Assembly: GCA_944384585.1 (NCBI GenBank)
Contig: CALWTY010000004.1
Span: 1,563 to 65,562 of the forward strand
Direction of reading: 5' to 3'
Origin: an uncultured Clostridia bacterium
GTDB lineage: Bacteria; Bacillota; Clostridia; Oscillospirales; CAG-272
DNA length: 64,000 nt
The translations under genes and the position numbers were made by a program. Positions 28,605 to 37,872 of the stretch are shown piece after piece; position 1 is the first letter of the stretch; each line of letters starts with the position of its first letter. The notes below the pieces were generated by a model that saw nothing but the letters and a program-made list of their open reading frames with translations, was not told the origin of the DNA and made no database searches.

Positions 28605-31600
28605 ATGGACAGACAGGTCCCCTTTCTTGAAAAATTCAAAAAATATGCTCCCGGCGCGGAACATCAAAGCATTTTGCAGAAAGTCTCGGACTACCGTATC
28701 CGAACCGATAAGGAGCGGAAAATGATCGAGGCTTTTGCCTCTTTTCCGGAGATTGTCGAAAAAAGCGTTTTATACGCGATCGAGGAGGAAATCACCGAGG
28801 CGTATCAGATCAATTCCGTCAGGATTTTCCCAAGCTATCCGCCCGCGCTCTTTTCCGAGGCATATCTTCCGCAGCTTGTCATCGAGCTGCAGCGCATCGG
28901 CGCGGTCTCAAAAGGCTTTTTTGAGCATTATACCGCAAGGCTTGACGGCAATAAGATCGTGATAGAGATCGGCTTCCCCGATGGCGGGATCGAGCTGCTC
29001 TACAAAGCCGAGACCCCTCAGATCCTCTCCGCGATCGTCAAATCGGAATTCGGATTGAGTTTTGAAACCGAAATCCGACAGACCGAGGGCTACAGCTTCG
29101 ATTACGCGGGCTATGAGAAGGAGCAGGCCAAGGCGCTGCTCGACCTTCCCGCCGAGCCCTCCTTCCGCAGGCAGGATAAGGTGACCGTGGAGGTCAAGGA
29201 GCCGGAACCAATCAGAAAGATGCTTCCGCTGCTCGGGAGCGAGCTGACCGAGGCGCAGCAAACGGAGGAGGGCTTCTATCGGGTCGGGAACGCTGTTTTC
29301 GATGTCTCCGCCCCGCAGCCCCTGTTCGGGGGGGAGTTTCCGATCGAGGATCCGATCCCGCTTCGCAATATCGAGCTGCTGCACACCTCGATGCGGCGTG
29401 CCTGTCTGCTCGGAACGGTGGTCTCGGTTGAAACCAAGGACACCCGAAAGGGTGACAAGACGATCATCAATTTTGCCCTGACCGACGACGATTATTCTAT
29501 CTACTGTAAGACCGTTCTGTCGGGGGAGGAGGCTTCGGACCTTTGCGCGGCGCTCAAGGAAGGGAAGTCCTGTGCCGTTCTGGGATCGGTACGGACGGAT
29601 AAGTTCGACGGTGAGCTTTTCCTTTCCCCCACGGCTGTCGCGGAGATCAGACGGGTCAATCGGGCGGACAATGCGCCTCGGAAGCGGGTGGAGCTGCATC
29701 TGCATACCCAGATGTCTGCCATGGACGGGCTGATCCCGCCCGACGTCGCCGTCAGAACCGCCTATGAATGGGGACATCCCGCCGTGGCGATCACCGATCA
29801 CGGAAATGTTCAGGGCTATCAGGACGCGATGCTGGTGGCGGACAAGACCGGCATGAAGGTCATCTACGGCATGGAGGCCTATTTTGTCGACGATGCCGCC
29901 CGCTCTGTCTACGGTGAAAGCGACGCAGATCTGATCACCGATGAGTTTGTCGTGTTCGATATCGAGACGACCGGTCTGTCGGCGCTGAAGGACGGCATTA
30001 CGGAGATCGGCGCTGTACTTGTCAGGAACGGGGAGGTGCTGGATGTATTCAATACCTTCTCCGATCCCGGGATGCCGATCCCGCCGAACATCACCGAGCT
30101 GACCGGCATCACCGACGATATGGTCAAGGGAGCGCCCTCCCAGGAGGCGGCGGTGCGCGCCTTTCTCGGATTTGCGGGAGGTCGGACGCTGATTGCCCAC
30201 AACGCGGGCTTTGACACCAGCTTTATCCGCAAGGTATGCGACGACTTTGGCATCCCCTTTCCCAACGCCTATCTCGATACCGTTGCGCTCTCCAGGTATG
30301 TCAATCCCGATCTGAAAAAGCATAAGCTCGATACGCTTGCCGCTTATTTCGGGCTTGGGGATTTCAATCATCACCGCGCCTCCGACGACGCGAAGATGCT
30401 GGCGCTCATTTTCTTCCGGATGGCGGAAAAGCTGACCGAGGAGGGCATCAGAACCCTGTCGGGGATGAACGCCGTGATGTCGGATAAGGTCGATTGTCTG
30501 AAACTCAAGCCCTACCATATGATCATCCTCGTCAAGAACAAGACAGGTCTTAAGAACCTCTACAAGCTGGTCTCCTTCAGCTATCTTAACTACTTCAAGA
30601 AGCATCCCCGCATTCCGAGAACGGTGCTGGACGAATATCGGGAGGGGCTGATCATCGGATCTGCCTGCTCGGAGGGAGAGCTGTTCAGCGCCCTGCTCGA
30701 AAACCGCTCGAAGGCCGATCTGATCGAGATCGCTTCCTATTACGACTATATCGAAATTCAGCCGATCTGCAACAACCGCTACCTGATCGCAAACGGCAGA
30801 GCGTCCTCCGACGAGGATCTGCGCGAACTGAACCGCCGGCTGATTGCGCTGGCGGATGAGCTGGGGAAGCCGGTCGTTGCCACCTGCGACGCGCATTTTC
30901 TCAATCGGTATGATGAAATCTACCGCAAGATTCTGCTCAAGGGCATGAAGTTTTCCGACGCCGACAAGGATACCGGCATCTACTTCAGAACCACCGAGGA
31001 GATGCTCAAGGAGTTTTCCTATCTCGGTGAGGAACGGGCGGAGGAGGTGGTGATCACCAATACCAACCGCATTGCCGATATGATCGACGCCGATATCCGC
31101 CCCTTCCCCAAGGGAACCTTCACGCCGCACATGGAGGGCGCGGAGGAGGATCTGCAGCGGATCTGCTACGAAAACGCGACGAAGAAATACGGCGATCCGC
31201 TGCCGGAGCTGGTCAAAACCCGACTTGACAAGGAATTGACCTCGATCATCAAGCACGGCTTTGCGGTGCTGTACATGATCGCACAGAAGCTCGTGTGGTT
31301 CAGCGAAAGTCAGGGATATCTGGTCGGCTCAAGAGGCTCGGTGGGATCCTCCTTTGTCGCGTCGATGGCGGGCATTTCGGAGGTCAATCCGCTGCCGCCG
31401 CATTACTACTGTCCGAACTGCCGGTACAGCGATTTCTCAAATCCCGACCATGTCGGCTCCGGCTTTGACCTTCCTGACGCGACCTGCCCGGTCTGCGGCG
31501 GAAAACTCTGCGGGGACGGTCACGACATTCCCTTCGAGACCTTCCTCGGCTTCTACGGAGACAAGTCCCCCGATATCGATCTGAATTTCTCGGGGGAGGT

Positions 31601-32990
31601 GCAGGGAAGGGTTCACAAATATACCGAAGAGCTGTTCGGCGCAGAGAACGTTTTCCGCGCCGGTACGATCGGCGCGCTGGCAGATAAGACCGTCTACGGC
31701 TATGTGATGAAGTACCTGGAGGAAAAGGGGACGATGGTGAACAAGGCCGAGATTCAACGGCTGGTCAACCATTGCGTCGGCGTCAAGCGGACGACGGGAC
31801 AGCATCCCGGCGGGATTGTCGTCGTGCCGCGGGAATACGAAATCTATGATTTCTGTCCTGTTCAGCATCCGGCAGACGATCCCGATTCCGACATCGTCAC
31901 CACACACTTCACCTTTTCCTATCTTCACGATACGCTGCTGAAGCTTGACGAGCTGGGTCACGATATTCCGACCAAGTATAAATGGCTTGAGACTTACAGC
32001 GGGACCGGCGTGATGGATGTGCCGATGAACGACCCCGCCGTCTACGAGCTGTTCAATTCCACCGATTCCCTCGGCATCCGCAAGGGGGAGATCGACGCCA
32101 ATCTCGGAACATACGGCCTGCCGGAATTCGGGACGAAATTCGTCATGAAGATGGTGGAGGAGGCCAAGCCGAAGAGCTTTGCCGACCTGCTGCAGATCTC
32201 GGGGCTTTCCCACGGCACCGACGTCTGGACCGGCAACGCCCAGGAGCTGATCCACAGTGGGATCTGCGATATCTCCCGCGTCATCGGCTGCCGCGACAAC
32301 ATTATGAATGACCTTATCCGCTACGGTGTGGAGAACGCCCATGCCTTCAAGATCATGGAATCGGTGCGGAAGGGAAAGGGTCTGACCCCCGAATGGGAGG
32401 CGGAGATGCGGGAGCATAACGTTCCCGATTGGTACATCGGCTCCTGCAAGAAGATCAAGTATATGTTCCCGAAGGCGCACGCCGCCGCCTATGTCATGTC
32501 CGCCATCCGCCTCGGCTGGTTTAAGGTGCATATGCCCCTGGTTTTCTACGCCGCCTTCTTCACGGCAGCCCCCGGCGGCTTTGATGCGGAGATCGCCATG
32601 AGCGGCAAGGCGGGGGTGATGCGGACGATGAAGGAGATCGAGGACAAGGGAAATGATGCGACCCAGAAGGAGGCGGCGATGATGTCGACGCTGAAGCTCG
32701 TCAACGAATGCTATGCCAGAGGCATTCGCTTCCTCCCCGTCAACTTCTTCCATTCCAGCGCGTTTGCCTATGTCCCGGAGGACGGCAGAATCCGTCTCCC
32801 CTTCAACTCGCTGGCGGGAGTGGGGGAAAGCGCCGCACAGGCGATCCAGGACGCCCGCGACCGGGAAAACGTTTTGTCGGTCGAAGATCTCCGCCTGAAG
32901 GCCAAGCTAACCAAGTCGGTCATCGACGTGCTGCAGAAGAACGGCGCACTTGACGGCCTCAGCGATACCAATCAGATCACCTTCTTCTGA
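28605..32990 (+). CDS. polC: DNA polymerase III PolC-type alpha subunit
   Basis: ELHLHT..S.MD PHP domain, VFDIETTG exonuclease, GSRGSVGSS, PDIDLNF, FPKAHAAAY. Confidence 0.98.
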   Translation: MDRQVPFLEKFKKYAPGAEHQSILQKVSDYRIRTDKERKMIEAFASFPEIVEKSVLYAIEEEITEAYQINSVRIFPSYPPALFSEAYLPQLVIELQRIGAVSKGFFEHYTARLDGNKIVIEIGFPDGGIELLYKAETPQILSAIVKSEFGLSFETEIRQTEGYSFDYAGYEKEQAKALLDLPAEPSFRRQDKVTVEVKEPEPIRKMLPLLGSELTEAQQTEEGFYRVGNAVFDVSAPQPLFGGEFPIEDPIPLRNIELLHTSMRRACLLGTVVSVETKDTRKGDKTIINFALTDDDYSIYCKTVLSGEEASDLCAALKEGKSCAVLGSVRTDKFDGELFLSPTAVAEIRRVNRADNAPRKRVELHLHTQMSAMDGLIPPDVAVRTAYEWGHPAVAITDHGNVQGYQDAMLVADKTGMKVIYGMEAYFVDDAARSVYGESDADLITDEFVVFDIETTGLSALKDGITEIGAVLVRNGEVLDVFNTFSDPGMPIPPNITELTGITDDMVKGAPSQEAAVRAFLGFAGGRTLIAHNAGFDTSFIRKVCDDFGIPFPNAYLDTVALSRYVNPDLKKHKLDTLAAYFGLGDFNHHRASDDAKMLALIFFRMAEKLTEEGIRTLSGMNAVMSDKVDCLKLKPYHMIILVKNKTGLKNLYKLVSFSYLNYFKKHPRIPRTVLDEYREGLIIGSACSEGELFSALLENRSKADLIEIASYYDYIEIQPICNNRYLIANGRASSDEDLRELNRRLIALADELGKPVVATCDAHFLNRYDEIYRKILLKGMKFSDADKDTGIYFRTTEEMLKEFSYLGEERAEEVVITNTNRIADMIDADIRPFPKGTFTPHMEGAEEDLQRICYENATKKYGDPLPELVKTRLDKELTSIIKHGFAVLYMIAQKLVWFSESQGYLVGSRGSVGSSFVASMAGISEVNPLPPHYYCPNCRYSDFSNPDHVGSGFDLPDATCPVCGGKLCGDGHDIPFETFLGFYGDKSPDIDLNFSGEVQGRVHKYTEELFGAENVFRAGTIGALADKTVYGYVMKYLEEKGTMVNKAEIQRLVNHCVGVKRTTGQHPGGIVVVPREYEIYDFCPVQHPADDPDSDIVTTHFTFSYLHDTLLKLDELGHDIPTKYKWLETYSGTGVMDVPMNDPAVYELFNSTDSLGIRKGEIDANLGTYGLPEFGTKFVMKMVEEAKPKSFADLLQISGLSHGTDVWTGNAQELIHSGICDISRVIGCRDNIMNDLIRYGVENAHAFKIMESVRKGKGLTPEWEAEMREHNVPDWYIGSCKKIKYMFPKAHAAAYVMSAIRLGWFKVHMPLVFYAAFFTAAPGGFDAEIAMSGKAGVMRTMKEIEDKGNDATQKEAAMMSTLKLVNECYARGIRFLPVNFFHSSAFAYVPEDGRIRLPFNSLAGVGESAAQAIQDARDRENVLSVEDLRLKAKLTKSVIDVLQKNGALDGLSDTNQITFF

Positions 32991-33014
32991 AAAGGGGATC
33001 GATCGGACAGAAAT

Positions 33015-33048
33015 ACCGGCAGAAGACCGTGATCGGTCTTCTGCCGGT
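33015..33048. terminator. Perfect 15-bp hairpin after polC
   Basis: ACCGGCAGAAGACCG-TGAT-CGGTCTTCTGCCGGT. Confidence 0.8.
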
Positions 33049-33060
33049 TTGCTGTATAAC

Positions 33061-33159
33061 GCGCAGGGAAGATCCTCCTGCCCGCCGTGAAAAGCCTGTG
33101 GGGGATGCTGCGCTGGGAAGATCCTCCTGCTCCGCCGCAAAAAACCTGTGAGGTATGCC
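33061..33159. repeat. Two tandem copies of about 49-50 bp between polC and fucO
   Basis: GCGC.GGGAAGATCCTCCTGC..CGCCG..AAA..CCTGTG.GG.ATGC at 33061 and 33110. Confidence 0.75.
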
Positions 33160-33175
33160 GTATGCCGGTGAAAAA

Positions 33176-34324
33176 TCAGAGGAGGGAACGGTAGAGCGCT
33201 TTGATCTCTTCGACGGAGGTGTCGCGGGGATTTCCGGGGCGGCAGGCGTCGTCATATGCCGACTGCGCGAGAAAATCGAGATCCTCCTCCTTGACGATCT
33301 GCTTCAGATCTGCGGGGATGCCGACGTCGGAGGAGAGCGCCCGGACCGCGTCGATTGCGGCGGTGCGCGCTTCTTCAATCGTCATTTCGTCGGTCTTCGG
33401 CACGCCCATTGCAGCGGCAACGGCGCGGTATTTGTCTCCCGTTGCCGGTGCGTTATACTCCATGACGGTCGGCAGGATGATGGCGTTTGCAATGCCGTGA
33501 GGGGTGTCGTAGAGCGCGCCGAGGGGGTGCGCCATGGAATGAACGATTCCAAGCCCGACATTGGAGAAGCCCATGCCGGCGATATACTGTCCGAGCGCCA
33601 TGCCCTCGCGGCCTTCCGGCGTGTTGGCTACCGCGCCGCGGAGATGGCGGGAAATCAGCTCGATCGCCTTGAGGTGGAACATATCGCTCATTTCCCACGC
33701 TCCCTTGGTGATATAGCCCTCGATGGCGTGAGTCAGCGCATCCATGCCGGTGGCGGCGGTCAGTCCCTTCGGCATCGATGCCATCATGTCGGGATCGACG
33801 ACGGCGACGACCGGAATATCATGCACGTCAACGCAGACCATCTTGCGGTTTTTCTCGGCGTCGGTAATGACATAGTTGATCGTGACCTCGGCGGCGGTTC
33901 CTGCGGTGGTGGGGACGGCGAGGATCGGGACGCATTTGTTTTTCGTCGGCGCCACGCCCTCAAGCGATCTTACGTCGGCAAAATCGGGATTGTTCACAAT
34001 GATGCCGATGGCCTTGGCGGTGTCCATGGAAGAGCCGCCTCCGATGGCGACGAGGCAGTCCGCGCCGCTTGCCCGAAAGGCTTCAACGCCGGTTTTGACG
34101 TTTTCGATGGTGGGATTGGCTTTGATCTGACTGTAGATTTCGTAGGGGATGGCGGCGTCATCAAGAAGTCCGGTGACCTTTTGCGTTACGCCGAAGCGGA
34201 TCAGATCGGGGTCGGAGCAGACAAAGGCTTTGGTAAAGCCTCTTCCTTTGATCTCCTCCGGAATCGACGCGATCGCGCCCTTGCCGTGATAGCTGGTTTC
34301 ATTGAGTACGAATCGGTTTGCCAT
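33176..34324 (-). CDS. fucO: Lactaldehyde reductase (iron-containing alcohol dehydrogenase)
   Basis: MANRFVLNETSYHG, GGGSSMDTAK, PTTAGTAAEVT, GMDALTHAIE, HSMAH, HGIANA. Confidence 0.92.
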   Translation of the reverse strand: MANRFVLNETSYHGKGAIASIPEEIKGRGFTKAFVCSDPDLIRFGVTQKVTGLLDDAAIPYEIYSQIKANPTIENVKTGVEAFRASGADCLVAIGGGSSMDTAKAIGIIVNNPDFADVRSLEGVAPTKNKCVPILAVPTTAGTAAEVTINYVITDAEKNRKMVCVDVHDIPVVAVVDPDMMASMPKGLTAATGMDALTHAIEGYITKGAWEMSDMFHLKAIELISRHLRGAVANTPEGREGMALGQYIAGMGFSNVGLGIVHSMAHPLGALYDTPHGIANAIILPTVMEYNAPATGDKYRAVAAAMGVPKTDEMTIEEARTAAIDAVRALSSDVGIPADLKQIVKEEDLDFLAQSAYDDACRPGNPRDTSVEEIKALYRSLL

Positions 34325-34527
34325 GATACGATACCTCCTTTGAAATAACAGAATTAATATGCGTCACCGTCGGAATTCTATGCCGATCGGGGCATTGTTG
34401 TATTTGTCTTCCGCGACGCGGCAAGGCGCGGGGCGGTGATCGGCCGCGTATCACGAAAGATGCTCGGTCAAAAAGGGAAATGCGGGGAATCCGGGATGAG
34501 ACGGGTGGAGCCGCTCCGCAGGTGCGT

Positions 34528-35262
34528 TCAGATCGCGCAGCCGCCGTCGACCTGCAGGACCTGCCCCGTTGTAAAGGAGGAGGCGCTGTCCGCGAGGAAA
34601 AGCACCGCCGCCGCGACCTCCTGCACCGTTCCGGGGCGCTCGATGGGACATTCCGAGCAAAACGCGCGCAGCTCCTCCTCGGTCAGGGAGGCATTCATTT
34701 CGGTATCGATCAGTCCCGGGGCGACGCAGTTCACCCGAATGCCGGAGGGACCGAGTTCCTTGGCAAGCGCCTTGGTAAACCCGATGACGGCCGCCTTGGA
34801 AGCGGAATAGAGCGCCTCGCAGGACGCGCCGCAGATCCCCCAGACCGACGCGATGTTGATAATCGAGCCGGAATGGGTCTTCAGCATATAGGGAATGACC
34901 TCACGGCAGCAGCGGAAGACCCCGCCGAAGTTGACGGACATCAGCTCCTCATAATCACGGTCGGTCGCGTCGGTCAGCACCTGACGCTTTGAGATGCCGG
35001 CGTTATTGACCAGAAGATCGACAGAGCCGAAGGTCTTTTCCGCGGTGCGGAAGAGCCGGCGGACGTCTTCCGTGCGGCTGACGTCGGCGGGAACGGCAAT
35101 CGCCTGTCCGCCCGCGGAAATCAGTTCTGTTTCCAAGGCCCTGGCGGCATCCGGGGAACGGTTATAATTGATGATGACGCGATAGCCCCGTTGCGCGAGG
35201 AGGCGGCAGACGGCCGCTCCGATCCCGCGGGAGCCGCCCGTGACAACAGCGGTAGGATTCAT
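34528..35262 (-). CDS. SDR oxidoreductase, YmfI-like (FabG family)
   Basis: TGGSRGIG, NNAG, SVWGICGASCEALYSASK. Confidence 0.88.
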   Translation of the reverse strand: MNPTAVVTGGSRGIGAAVCRLLAQRGYRVIINYNRSPDAARALETELISAGGQAIAVPADVSRTEDVRRLFRTAEKTFGSVDLLVNNAGISKRQVLTDATDRDYEELMSVNFGGVFRCCREVIPYMLKTHSGSIINIASVWGICGASCEALYSASKAAVIGFTKALAKELGPSGIRVNCVAPGLIDTEMNASLTEEELRAFCSECPIERPGTVQEVAAAVLFLADSASSFTTGQVLQVDGGCAI

Positions 35263-35357
35263 GGATCTGCTTCCTTTGCATGATTCGGAGGGGTACTCAC
35301 GATTTCTGCTCTTATTATATCATGATATCACGTCTTTTTCAATAAATATTTTACAAA

Positions 35358-35391
35358 TCATCATAATGCTGTCACAATATGGTTCTATACT
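35358..35391 (+). promoter_or_regulatory. htrA promoter with Pho-box-like direct repeat replacing -35
   Basis: TCATCAT-AATG-CTGTCAC, then 10 bp, then TATACT (35386-35391). Confidence 0.5.
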
Positions 35392-35465
35392 ATATTACAA
35401 GATCCAAGATACGGCATCATCGTATGATAACGATTCCGATAGAACGAACCGAAGGAGATCATCAT

Positions 35466-37064
35466 ATGGAAAACGAATATGACAACAACAGACAGCAAAC
35501 GCCGGATGGCAGCGGCAGAGACAATCCCGATCCCAGAAACGGCTGGTATCGGGTAGACGGCACAGCCGAAAGCAGGGAAGGACAGAGCGGGGCGTCATTT
35601 GCCTCCGACGAATCCTCCCGCGTGTCCGCCTCGGAGGGCTCGTCCCGCGGGGAGAATGCCTCGCAGGACGGGAAGACCGCAGGAGACGGGGAAAGTTTCG
35701 GCGGAGTATACAGCTCACAGCAGCAGTATTATAACCGTCAGAATTCCTATTCCCCTTACGGAACGGGCGGGTATCAGCAGAATTACGGATCCCGCAGCTC
35801 CTATGAGGGAAACGGCTACGGGCAATATAACGGCGGAGGCTTCGGACAGAACGGAGGCTTCGGGCAGAACGGAGGCTTCGGACAGAACGGAGGCTTCGGC
35901 GGGCAGCAGAACACGCAGGTGAAAAAGGAGAAACGCGGCGCTTCCAAGGGCTTTGTCGTCGGCATGACGGCGCTGGGCATGGTGATCTGCCTGCTGATCG
36001 GCACGTTTGCCGGCTCCGCGCTCTATGCGTCGCTCGCTGACGGCGATCATGTGGTTCACTCGGGAAACGTGAACGTTCAGTATGAGCAGATCGGCGAAAA
36101 GCCGACGGTCACCGATAAGGGAGACGCCGCCTATGTCGCGTCGATCGCCTCCGCCACGGTGGTGGAGGTCACGACCGAGACTGTTTCGACCGATTCGATT
36201 TTCGGTCAGTATGTCACGCAGGGAGCAGGAAGCGGCGTGATTATTTCCTCCGGCGAAGCCGGCAGCTATATCCTCACCTGCGCGCACGTCATTGAGGGCG
36301 CGTCAAAGGTCAAGGTCACCCTGAAGGACGGAACGGAGTACGAGGCCTCCTTCAGCGCGGGCGATGCGCAGACCGATATCGGAATCATCAAGATCGATGT
36401 TGAGGGTCTTCCCGTCGCCACCATTGCCGACTTTTCCACGGTGGTCGTCGGGGAGGAGGTCGTCGCTATCGGAAATCCTCTCGGAGAGCTCGGCGGCTCC
36501 GTCACAAACGGCATCGTCAGCGCGCTCGACCGCGATATCATAATCGACGGCACTTCCTACCATCTGCTCCAGACCAACGCCGAAATCAATCCCGGAAACT
36601 CCGGCGGCGGCTTGTTCAACATGGAGGGCAAGCTGATCGGGATCGTCAACGCGAAATCGGCGGGGGAAAACGTCGAGGGGCTCGGCTTTGCCATCCCGAT
36701 TGACGACGCGATGGAGATCGCCGGCGCTCTGATCGAAAACGGCTATGTCACCGGGCGCGTCAAGCTGGGCTTCACGCTGATCCAGATCAGCTCCAAGGCC
36801 GACATCTACAACTTCTGGCAGTACAGCAAATACTTCACCGATTACGGGGTGTATATCATCAAGTCGGAAAGCCCCGATTTCCACACCGGAGACCGGATCG
36901 TCGCACTGAATTCCTTCACGGTAAGCAGTACCTCCGATATCAAACGGGAGCTTCAGAAATACGAGGTGGGGGATGTCATCACGGTCACCGTCTCCCGTCT
37001 GAACGCGGAAAATCAGAGCGAAATACTGAATATCGAGCTGACGCTGAAGGAAATGACGAACTGA
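35466..37064 (+). CDS. htrA: HtrA/DegP-family (S1C) serine protease with long low-complexity N-terminus, TM helix and PDZ domain
   Basis: LTCAHV, DIGIIK, INPGNSGGGL triad motifs; C-terminal PDZ. Confidence 0.92.
   Translation: MENEYDNNRQQTPDGSGRDNPDPRNGWYRVDGTAESREGQSGASFASDESSRVSASEGSSRGENASQDGKTAGDGESFGGVYSSQQQYYNRQNSYSPYGTGGYQQNYGSRSSYEGNGYGQYNGGGFGQNGGFGQNGGFGQNGGFGGQQNTQVKKEKRGASKGFVVGMTALGMVICLLIGTFAGSALYASLADGDHVVHSGNVNVQYEQIGEKPTVTDKGDAAYVASIASATVVEVTTETVSTDSIFGQYVTQGAGSGVIISSGEAGSYILTCAHVIEGASKVKVTLKDGTEYEASFSAGDAQTDIGIIKIDVEGLPVATIADFSTVVVGEEVVAIGNPLGELGGSVTNGIVSALDRDIIIDGTSYHLLQTNAEINPGNSGGGLFNMEGKLIGIVNAKSAGENVEGLGFAIPIDDAMEIAGALIENGYVTGRVKLGFTLIQISSKADIYNFWQYSKYFTDYGVYIIKSESPDFHTGDRIVALNSFTVSSTSDIKRELQKYEVGDVITVTVSRLNAENQSEILNIELTLKEMTN
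35835..35899 (+). repeat. In-frame 18-bp tandem repeat (GGFGQN, 3 copies plus a partial) in htrA
   Basis: GGAGGCTTCGG(A/G)CAGAAC at 35835, 35853 and 35871; partial at 35889. Confidence 0.9.
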
Positions 37065-37075
37065 ACGGATTATAC

Positions 37076-37104
37076 TTGCATTATTCTCGGATTTGAGATA
37101 TAAT
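37076..37104 (+). promoter_or_regulatory. Sigma-A promoter for the two-component system
   Basis: TTGCAT-N17-TATAAT. Confidence 0.7.
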
Positions 37105-37185
37105 GAAGGCAGGGAAGGAAGCGTGAGCCCTCCCTGCCTTCGGCTTTAACGAACAAATTGCTGCGGAAAAGGTGGTTGATTCGGT

Positions 37186-37872
37186 ATGTACAGGATTCTT
37201 GTTGTCGACGATGAGGAAAAAATACGCGCCCTGATCCGTAAATACGCGGAGTTTGAAGGGCATCAGGTGGTGGAGGCCGCCAACGGGATGGAGGCGGTCA
37301 CGCTCTGCCTCGGACAGAGCTTTGATATCATCATCATGGATGTCATGATGCCGGAGCTGGACGGCTTTTCTGCCAGCCGCCAGATCCGAAGACATACCGA
37401 TACCCCGATTCTGATGCTTTCGGCCAGGGGAGAGGAGTACGACAGGATCAGCGGCTTCGAATTCGGCGCCGACGACTATGTGGTCAAGCCCTTCTCCCCG
37501 AAGGAGCTGATGCTCAGGATCGATGCGATTATGAAGCGCTTTTCCAAGGGTCAGCCGGAGGAGACGGTCAAAAAGGAGATTTTCCGCTATGAAGGACTGA
37601 CCGTCGATTTCACGGCGAGGCTGGTTTACATCGACGGCAGTCGGGTCGAAATGTCCCCGAAGGAGTATGATCTCTTCTTCTACCTCTGTCGGAACCGCAA
37701 CATCGCCCTGTCCAGGGAGAAGCTGATCACCGAGGTCTGGGGCTACGATTTTTACGGCGACGACAGGACGCTTGACACCCATATCAAGCTGCTCAGGAAG
37801 AGCCTCGGTCCGTACAGCTCCCTGATTGTGACGCTGAGAGGGGTCGGATACCGCTTTGAGACCGAAAAATAA
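37186..37872 (+). CDS. OmpR family response regulator
   Basis: VVDDE, MDVMMPELDG, GADDYVVKPF, TLRGVGYRF. Confidence 0.96.
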   Translation: MYRILVVDDEEKIRALIRKYAEFEGHQVVEAANGMEAVTLCLGQSFDIIIMDVMMPELDGFSASRQIRRHTDTPILMLSARGEEYDRISGFEFGADDYVVKPFSPKELMLRIDAIMKRFSKGQPEETVKKEIFRYEGLTVDFTARLVYIDGSRVEMSPKEYDLFFYLCRNRNIALSREKLITEVWGYDFYGDDRTLDTHIKLLRKSLGPYSSLIVTLRGVGYRFETEK

